From Malacoraja senta (lineage: Eukaryota): a stretch of DNA of 64,000 nt. The position numbers and the translations under genes are program-made. Under the pieces are notes generated by a model. It was not told the origin of the DNA and did no database searches. It saw only the letters and a program-made list of their open reading frames with translations. Numbering within the stretch: position 1 is the stretch's first letter; every line of letters starts with the position of its first letter. Location: positions 23,500,001 through 23,564,000 of the forward strand of contig CM075989.1 of assembly GCA_038087875.1 (NCBI GenBank), written 5' to 3'. Of the stretch, positions 14,281-55,596 are shown piece by piece.

Positions 14281-14566
14281 CTGGCGCAGTGGTAGAGTTG
14301 CTGACTTACAGCGACAGAGATCCGGGTTCCATCCTGACTACAGGTGCTGTCTGTACGGAGTTTGTACGTTCTCCCAGTGACTGCGTGGGTTTTCTCCGGG
14401 TGCTCCGGTTTCCTCCTGCACTCCAAAGACGTACAGGTTTGTGGGTTAATTGGTTTCGGTAAAATTGATCTTGTGTGTAGGATGGTGTACGGGGATCATT
14501 GGTCGGCGCGGACTCGGTGGGCCGAAGGGCCTGCTTCTGCACTGTGTCACTAAACTAAACTAAACT
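14281..14566 (+). mobile_element. HE1-like V-SINE
   Basis: Same head, core and tail. Confidence 0.85.
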
Positions 14567-14777
14567 GATCCAATTTCACTAAGAGTTTTATAACTTACAA
14601 GATATTGCAATTTACTAAACTGAAAATATATCAGATTATATCTGCACATGCATCATATTACTTACCCAGAAGAACAGTGGAGGATCAGTCACTGAGTACT
14701 GTATATTTGAGACAGAGATTCATGGACATTTGGATGGTAATGGGACCAGGAAATGCTGGGTTAATACAGCAAAGATG

Positions 14778-14918
14778 CTTCTTCTTCTTGTGTATGGCGC
14801 GCATAGCCTAAGGTTGTAGGACAACTTGTTCTATTTGATCTTATTTGATTGTGCACGCCAGGTTGATTGCATTCGTTGAAACAGGGCGGACCACGTGAAG
14901 GTTGCAATCTTCAACCTC
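14778..14918 (-). mobile_element. Short ribozyme-headed retroelement, older copy
   Basis: Collinear with the other two copies; decayed TSD-like flanks agcaaagatgc/agaaaggatac. Confidence 0.8.
14865..14918 (-). ncRNA. Degenerate HDV-like ribozyme, third copy (P1 disrupted)
   Basis: GAGGTTG-AA-GATTGCA-ACC-TTCACGT-GGT-CCGCCCT-GT-TTCAA-CGAA-TGCAATC. Confidence 0.55.
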
Positions 14919-16269
14919 AGAAAGGATACTGAGGTAGATCTGCTAGATCAGTCTGAAGAAGGATCTCGACCCGAAACATCACTAATCCTTTTCTCCAGCG
15001 ATGCTGCCTGCCCTGCTGAGTTACTCCAGCACTTTGTGACTATCTGCTGTAATCTTACATGGGCCACTTCTGTTTTTGGATTGTATATAAAATTATGAAA
15101 GGCATAGATAGGGAAGACAGCCTGAACCTTCTTCCCAGGGTGGACATTTAGATTTAGCTCTTAGGGCTAAAGGAATCAAGGGATATGGGGAAAAGGCAGG
15201 AATGGGGTACTGATTTTGGATGATCAGCCATGATCACATTGAATGGCGGTGCTGGCTCGAGGGGCCAAATGGCCTACTCCTGCACCTATTTTCTATTTTT
15301 TTATGAGATGTCAAAGACTTGGGGACTAGAGGACATGGCTTTAGATAAGAGGGGCAAAGTTTAAAGGTGATTTTTAAAGCAAGTTTTTCTTTACACAGAG
15401 AGTAGCGGTGGCCTGGAACGCATTACCAGGGGTGGTGGTGGTGGCAGATGCAATAGTGGCGTTTAAGAGGCTTTTAGATAGGCACGTGGGTAGTAGATAC
15501 GCCACCGGGTGGCGCCACCGCAGTGCATGTCTCGCCAACAGTCTGTCTGTCCCCTCTCTGTTTTTATGGTTTTAAGTATGTTTTAAAAGTATGTCTTGAT
15601 GTTTCTTAAGTAGACAAAAAATGCTGGAGAAACTCAGCGGGTGAGTTTCTTGGTCTGTTTTATGTGGGGGGTGGGGGGGTGTTTATGTTAAATTTTATTT
15701 TATGGGGCTGTGTGTATTGTTGCTTTTCACTTAGTATGGCTGTATGGTAACTCAAATATCACTGTACCTTAATTGGAGCATGTGGCAATAAATTCATACT
15801 TGTACTTGGATATGTAGGGAATTGAGGGATGTGGTCCATGGGATCAGTTTATCTTGGCCTTGTCTGCCGCTGCCGATCGGAACGCCTGTTGATGTTTAGT
15901 AGAGAGTAGAGTGTTAATTTGTTCATGATATATGTATTTTTACTTCTATTTATTTTTTACTGCACACTGAAATGGACACTGGTTGAGGAACATTTTTTTG
16001 TTTCCTCTGGGTATGTGAATACTCAGGAAATAACAATAAAGATATACAATACAATACAATACAATGTGGGCCAGTGGGCCTGTTCCTGTGCTGACCTGTT
16101 CTGTGTGTTTATTTCTTAGCCTACATGTCACACATAAACCTCTTCTGCATTTCCCGTGTTCCCTTGTCTAGCCTCATCTGCAAAGGTCACAAATGTGCAT
16201 GAAATAAAAGCAGAACGGTCGGTAACACCCAGTAGCACAGACACCATCAGTAGAGGGGGAAGAAGAGTG

Positions 16270-16413
16270 CTTCTTCTTCTTCTTGCCTATAACGTGCACA
16301 GCCTAAAGTTGTAGGACAACTTGTTCTATTTGATCGTATTTGATTGTGCACGCCAGGTTGATTGTATTCGTCGAAACAGGGCGGACCACGTGAAGGTTGC
16401 AATCTCCCACCCC
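16270..16413 (-). mobile_element. Short ribozyme-headed retroelement, copy 2
   Basis: TSD aagaagagtg/aagaaaagtg (16260-16269 and 16414-16423); (GAA)n tail. Confidence 0.85.
16360..16413 (-). ncRNA. Predicted HDV-like ribozyme, second copy (one P2 mismatch)
   Basis: GGGGTGG-GA-GATTGCA-ACC-TTCACGT-GGT-CCGCCCT-GT-TTCGA-CGAA-TACAATC. Confidence 0.72.
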
Positions 16414-16990
16414 AAGAAAAGTGGAATTCTCTGCCACAGAAGGCAGTAGAGGTCAATTCACCGGATGTTTTCAAGAGTGAGTTAGATTTAGCTCTTAGGG
16501 CTAACGGAATCAATGGATATGGGGAAAAAAGCAGGGACGGGGTACTGATTTTGGTTGATCAACATGATCATATTGAATGGCTCGAGGGGGCGAATGGCCT
16601 ACCCCTGCACCTATTTTCTATGTCGACATTTTAGATCGATGTTCTTCATCTGCCCCTTTAGGCCATCCACCTGAAACGTGACATCTTAATAAAAAGGGAC
16701 TGCAGATGCTGGTTTATATCAAAGATAAACGCAAAATACTGAAGTAACTCGGCGGGTCAGGAAGCATCTTTGGAGAACATGGATAGGTGACCTTTCGGGT
16801 CGGGACCCTTCTTCAGACCTGAAACATGAACCCCGCTTCTTCCACAGATGCTGCCTGGCTGGCCTGCTGCGAGTTTCCAGTTTTTTTTGTATTGCTGCCA
16901 GCTCTGCTTTCCCTCGCAGGTCCTTAAAGGGCGGGTAAAGGTTGTCAGATAAATAAATACCTGGGTCACAGGGTGAACGCACACACATTT

Positions 16991-17365
16991 AGCCTCAAAA
17001 AGGCTAACAGTATCATCAAGGACCCACACCATCCTGGCCACACACTCATCTCCCCGCTACCTTCAGGTAGAAGGTACAGGAGCCTGAAGACTGCAGCGAC
17101 CAGGTTCAGGAATAGCTACTTCCCCACAGCCATCAGGCTATTAAACTTGGCTCGGACTAAACTCTGAACATTAATAGCCCATTATCTGTTATTTGCACTT
17201 TATCAGTTTATTTATTCATGTGTGTATACATTTATATAATGGTATATGGACACACTGATCTGTTTTGTAGTCAATGCCTACTATGTTCTGTTGTGCTGAA
17301 GCAAAGCAAGAATTTCATTGTCCTATCAGGGACACATGACAATAAACTCACTTGAATCTTGAATC
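16991..17365 (+). mobile_element. Rex1/Babar-type LINE 3' fragment
   Basis: IIKDPHHPGHTLISPLPSGRRYRSLKTAATRFRNSYFPTAIRLLN; tail ...ATGACAATAAA...(CTTGAAT)n. Confidence 0.8.
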
Positions 17366-17379
17366 ATTTTCCATTTTAA

Positions 17380-17876
17380 CACGGGTTACAAAGCTGGCCG
17401 TGCATGTAGCGTTTTTAATGTTAAAAAGACACACCGTGCATGCAAATCAGAGTCCCACGCGTCTTCCTTGTTTGCAGCGACCCTTTAGTGCAGAGGGACA
17501 GAGAGACACCCGCCCCTGTAAGTGACAACACAGCTGGCTGACGCGCAAGGGGATGTGAAACCTCCTGACTTCAGAGATCAATGTGATTAGCAGCGACTAC
17601 AGCTCCAGCGCTCAGATCCCCTGTCTAAAGGAGTGGCGACAACCCGCGGCACAGTGTTATTGTTTTGCTGCTTTGGTGTTGAAGGCAGAGGGAGAGAGAG
17701 AGTTTGCTGATCTGTTTGGAGAGAGAACGAGCGATAACCTTGACCGGAGGCAGAGGGAGAATACAATCACCGGAGTCTCAGATGCCGGAATCGCTGCAAG
17801 GAGAGCTTTAAAAAGGATCAGACCGCGTATCTCTCATCTATACAAACTATAATTTATTGGGGGGGGTTTACAAAAT
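17380..17876 (+). promoter_or_regulatory. Probable TM6SF1 promoter/5' UTR
   Basis: Repeat-free, locally CpG-enriched stretch just upstream of the ATG; GC-box-like CCCGCCCC near 17510; short upstream ORF at 17782-17811. Confidence 0.5.
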
Positions 17877-41173
<23,297 letters not shown>

Positions 41174-41472
41174 ACCCTCGTTGTACTAAATATTTTATTT
41201 TTCTGCCCAAATATGTATAATTTGCTAATTAAATGGATAGGCAGATTAAATATTAGTAAATTTACCAGTAGGGAAATTGTATTAGTGCCTTGTAAATGAA
41301 GTTCATTTTCTATTTTGCTATTAATACTGTTTTATTAACTAAATGTACTGTTGTGCAAAGTTGCAGATTTGTGTATTTAAGAGCAATCAATACATAAGGT
41401 GCCAAACATGATGCACTTATGCTTCTGCCAGTGATTTTAGCTGCAAAATGCAAAATGCTTATTCTGTGCAGT

Positions 41473-41610
41473 CTTCTTCTTGTGTATGGCGTGCACAGCC
41501 TAAAGTTGTTGGACAACTTGTTCTATTTGATCTTATTTCATTGTGCACGCCAGGTTGATTGCATTCGTCGAAACAGGGCGGACCACGTGAAGGTTGCAAC
41601 CTCCCACCCC
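41473..41610 (-). mobile_element. Short ribozyme-headed non-autonomous retroelement with (GAA)n tail
   Basis: Three dispersed copies; TSD ttctgtgcagt/ttctgtgcaat (41462-41472 and 41611-41621). Confidence 0.85.
41557..41610 (-). ncRNA. Predicted HDV/CPEB3-like self-cleaving ribozyme (minimal, P4 essentially absent), best-preserved copy
   Basis: Minus strand GGGGTGG-GA-GGTTGCA-ACC-TTCACGT-GGT-CCGCCCT-GT-TTCGA-CGAA-TGCAATC = P1, J1/2, P2, P3, L3, P3', P1', P1.1, stub, J4/2, P2'. Confidence 0.8.
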
Positions 41611-42454
41611 TTCTGTGCAATAGAGTTAGTTGGCAAGTTTCAGTGAGGACCAGGGAGGGGAATGTAAATGTCAAGGCGAAGATAGACACAAAATGCTGGT
41701 GTGACTCAGCGGGACAGGCAGCATCTCTGGAGAGAAGGAATGGGTGACATTTGGGGTCGAGACCACCAGCGCAATCAAGGACCAGTCCCACCCCGGTCAC
41801 TCCCTCTTCCCCCCTCTCCCATCAGGCAAGAGGCACAGAAGTTTGAAAACGCACACCTCCAGATTTAGAGACAGTTTCTTCCCAGCTGTTATCAGGCAAC
41901 TGAACCGTCCTGTTATCAGGCAACTGAACTGCCTTCTCCCCATAACCCCTGACACCCGTATTAATCAAGTATCTGTCAATCGCTGCCTTAAAAATATCTA
42001 TTAATGACCTTCACTACCGTCTATGTATCCATAACAATCCCTTCATTCTTCTGAATCTCTGTCTAACAGTAGGCTTTCACTAAATGTTGTACCTTTGATC
42101 CTGAATCTACAGTGGACGGCTTGATTGTAATCATATAGTCTTTACTTTGACAGGTAATGGTGGGAATGATGATAAGTGATTGGGGCAGAATTAGACCATT
42201 TGGCCCATCAAGTCTACTCCGCCACTCAATCATGACTGGTCTATCTCTTTCTCCTAACTCCATTCTCCTGCCTTCTCCCCATAACCCCTGACACCCTTAG
42301 TAAAGAAAAACCTGTCAAATCTCTGCTTTTAAAAATACCCAATCAAGTGGTTGGCCATATTGGACGAGGGGATGTTCTGAAACCGTTGTGTATCCAGGAG
42401 AGCTGGCAGTCGGCAGGGGGTGGAGATCCATTAGCTAGTCCTCAGGAACCACCT

Positions 42455-42741
42455 TAGTTTAGTTTAGTTTAGAGATACAGCGTAGGAACAGGCCCTTCGG
42501 CCCATCAAGTCCGTGCTGACCACTAGCACTATCTTATACACCAGGGACAATTCTTACTGAAGCCAATTAACCTACAAACCTGTTCGTCTTTAGAATAAGT
42601 GAGGAAACCGGAGCACCCAGAGAAAACCCATGTGGTCATAGGGTGAAACGTACAAACACTGTACGGACAGCACCCATGGTCAGGATCGAACCCAGGAGGC
42701 TGGCGCTGTAAGGCAGCAACTCTACCGCTGCACCACTGTGT
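42455..42741 (-). mobile_element. HE1-like V-SINE
   Basis: Reverse complement of head, core and tail. Confidence 0.8.
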
Positions 42742-44324
42742 CACCTCTTCTGGTTTATCTGCAGAGACCATGATAAAGACATATTTCAAGAATCCAGCAT
42801 ACAGAGGTTAAATAACCACCTACTTCCTTCAGCCAGATGTGCTCCTCAGTCTCCATCCGGCCCGTGATCAGACAGGAAGCGATGAGTTGACGGAGGGTTC
42901 AAGGCCCGGGCTCCTGGGCAAGATTTTAATCGCTATTCTGGCAAAAAGATTTTGAGCTAACATTTCTGCATATCCTTATGCGGCTGATGTCAAATGTCTT
43001 TTACGGCTGCAGTTACTGCAACATTAAAGACTGTGGTGTATGTATATCAGTGTGAGGTTGAATTGTTGCCTTAAGATTGCTGGAGGTGCTGTTACCTTAA
43101 GGTACAGTGTTACGCAGGTAACCACTCCACCATTCTATGTACCAGTATCAATTTCTTCAATAAACCCATGTGTTCCCCTGATGCTCCTGGTTTGTGAATT
43201 ATATTGTACTCACAATACAAGTACACTACACTGGCAGGGAAGATTCACACGGATGTTGCCAGGACAAAGGCCTGAGCTGTAGGGGGTTGGGCAGGCTAGG
43301 ACATTATTCCTTGGAGCGCAGGAGGATGAGGTGTGATCTTATAGAGGTGTATAAGATCGTGAGAGGATTAGATAGGGTAAAGGACTCGTAGATAGACACA
43401 AACTGCTGGAGTAGCTCAGCGGGACAGGCAGCGATCTCTGGAGAGAAGGAATGGGTGATGCTTCGGATACAGACCTTTCTTCAGGCTCAGCAAGTCAGGC
43501 AGCATCTGTGGCGAGAGAAACAGAGTTGACATTTAAGGTTGTAGACCCTTAACCAGAAGGGTCCAACAATGGGGTTTTGACCTGAAATACAGACCTGCAC
43601 TCTGTATCTTCCCCTTTACTCAACCTATTGTACACATTTTACATAATTGCATTTACTTATGGTACTATCTTAACTGATTGGACAGCATGCAGATTAAAGC
43701 TTTTCACTGTCCCTTATCATGTATCTGTACGCTGTAAATGGCTCGATTGTAATGGTGTATTGTCTTTCCGCTGGCTGGTTAGCCCGCAAGAATCCAGCAT
43801 ACAGAGGTGAAATAACCACCAGCACTTTTGTCTAGCACGCAAGGACAGCTTTTCACTGCACCTCGTTACACGTGACAATAAACTAAACTGGACTGGACTT
43901 CAGTATGCGCGACAGTAATAAACCTGAACCCAAACCTCTGTTTCCTTTCCCACAGATGATGCCTGACCTGCTGACTAATTGCAGCATTTTCTGTTCTGAA
44001 CTTGGAGTTTCAGCGTCTGTAACTGTGAGGTTCCTGAGGGGGATGGAAGAGATGGCTTTAATTAAAGTCAGGGATGCTTGGTTAAGATTTTGGTTTTGGG
44101 GGAATCTGGCCTCACTCAATTCATGTCTACTGCATCGTACAAGTTCTGATTTTGTCGATGAGTGTAAGATTTATTTCCAGCCTTGATAAAGGATTTGGTC
44201 ATCCAGCATTGAAAGAGTTAAATAAGCCAGCAATGCTGTTTGATTTGCTGAGTAGATTTACAATGAGCAGTGATGAAAGGAGTAACTCAGTACAGTGTGT
44301 CCTTCAGTTAAATCAACTATCCAT

Positions 44325-45025
44325 CTTCTCCAGAGATGCTGCCTGACCCGCTGAGTTACTCCAGCACTCTGTGAAACGTCACCTATCCATGTTCTCCACA
44401 GATGCTGCCTGACCCGCTGAGTTACTCCAGCACTCTGTGAAACGTCACCTATCCATGTTCTCCACAGATGCTGCCTGACCCGCTGAGTTACTCCAGCACT
44501 CTGTGAAACGTCACCTATCCATGTTCTCCACAGATGCTGCCTGACCCGCTGAGTTACTCCAGCACTCTGTGAAACGTCACCTATCCATGTTCTCCACAGA
44601 TGCTGCCTGACCCGCTGAGTTACTCCAGCACTCTGTGAAACGTCACCTATCCATGTTCTCCACAGATGCTGCCTGACCCGCTGAGTTACTCCAGCACTCT
44701 GTAAAACGTCACCTATCCATGTTCCGGCAGCATCTATGGAGCGAAGGAAATAGACAACGTTTCGGCCCGAAACCCTTCCGGGTTTCGGCCCGAAACGTTG
44801 CCTATTTCGTTCAGGGTTTCGGCCCGAAAGGTTGCCCATTTCCTTCGCTCCACAGATGCTGCCTGACTCGCTGAGTTACTCCAGCACTCTGTGAAACGTC
44901 ACCTATCCATGTTCTCCACAGATGCTGCCTGACCCGCTGAGTTACTCCAGCACTCTGTGAAACGTCGCCTATCCATGTTCTCCACAGATGCTGCCTGACC
45001 CGCTGAGTTACTCCAGCACTCTGTG
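44325..45025 (+). repeat. 66-bp tandem array (about 9 units) interrupted by a scrambled segment at about 44725-44850
   Basis: Near-identical units visible directly. Confidence 0.92.
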
Positions 45026-45431
45026 TCCTTCAGCTCCCCCCTGTGGTTCAAAGAAACAGGGACAATGTACGTGGTTTCAACACGAGACACCAAGTCACTG
45101 CATGTGAATGTCACACCAAATTTGACTTTCTGCAACACATTATGGCAGTTGACTAAAAACCTATTGAAAAATATAATATTTTGCACTGAATGCTGTGCTC
45201 TTTACCCGTTATCTGTAACCTTGATTGTAATCGTGTATAGTTTTTTCTCTGACTGGATAGCACACAACAAAAAAGCCTTTCCCATGTTTCTCGGTACACG
45301 TGACAATAATCTGCTAAACTGAACTAGGACTCAACGAGTGTCTTTAAGGAATAGAGAGATAGACAGAGGTGCTGAAGGAACGCGACAGTGTTGTGGAGAG
45401 AGATAAACAACAAAACACAGGCAGGTGGGGG

Positions 45432-45775
45432 ACTAGTGTAGATGGGGCATGTCGGCCGGTGTGGGCAAGTTGGGCCAAAGGGCCTGTTTCCATGCTGTAT
45501 CACTAGATGGGGCATGTTGGTCGGTGTGGGCAAGTTGGGCCGAAGGGCCAGTTTCCATGCTGTATCACTAGATGGGGCATGTTGGTCGGTGTGGGCAAGT
45601 TGGGCCGAAGGGCCTGTTTCCACGCTGTATCACTAGATGGGGCATGTTGGCCAGTGTGGGCAAGTTGGGCCGAAGGGCCAGTTTCCACGCTGTATCACTA
45701 GATGGGGCATGTTGGTCGGCCTTGGCAAGTTGGGCCGAAGGGCCTGTTTCCACGCTGTCTCACTCCATGACTCTG
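45432..45775 (+). repeat. 65-bp tandem array (about 5 units) of the CR1/HER1 LINE 3' tail
   Basis: Unit CACTAGATGGGGCATGTTGGTCGGTGTGGGCAAGTTGGGCCGAAGGGCCTGTTTCCATGCTGTAT; ORF starts offset by 65. Confidence 0.9.
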
Positions 45776-45863
45776 TGACACGAAGGCCAAGTCTCGGCCC
45801 AATGTTTCGAACATTTATACCAACTTTAAAATAAGTAACACAACATACGTGTATTCCATTAAT

Positions 45864-46007
45864 TTTATTCTACCAGACAGTCATTTCTGAACAGCAGTAG
45901 AACAGACATTTTTGTGTAAAGATACTAAATAAATGATTAAAAAATCCGGTAAGACAGATGGCACAGAAGAATAAAACTAAGCTGAGTACAAGAAAAGAAC
46001 ATTTATT
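45864..46007 (-). promoter_or_regulatory. Candidate HDGFL3 polyadenylation signals (AATAAA at 46002-46007 and 45864-45869, minus strand)
   Basis: TTTATT on + strand, 325 and 463 nt past the stop codon. Confidence 0.4.
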
Positions 46008-46331
46008 TTTTCACATTTAAAGCAAGCATCAAAAATAAATATTGTATCCTCTCTCAGTAACAGAACAGCGAGGTGTTTATAAGAATGAAGTACGGTAAAG
46101 AGTGGATGGGATTCTGCTCAGAACAATCCAGAAAGAGGGAGAATATAAAATACATGATTTTTTTTCCTTTGTGGTTTACTGATGGGCATGTGAGCAAAAG
46201 TATAGCTGGTAGCACAATGATGGGAAGCTGTACAGACTGCTGATGCCAACACTGACAAAAGGAATGATCATATGTAAAATGTCCATCCTTGGACAGCCAT
46301 CTCCTGCTCCTCCGACATTAGTGGCCAGAAT

Positions 46332-55596
<9,265 letters not shown>

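Noticed and set aside
1..17000. Search for BTBD1, the upstream neighbour in human
   Set aside because: No BTB, BACK or PHR coding sequence recognised
44258..45834. Regular 65-66-bp repeats resembling a CRISPR array or repeat protein
   Set aside because: Units are head-to-tail with no unique spacers, there are no cas genes, the context is eukaryotic, and the units derive from retroelement ends
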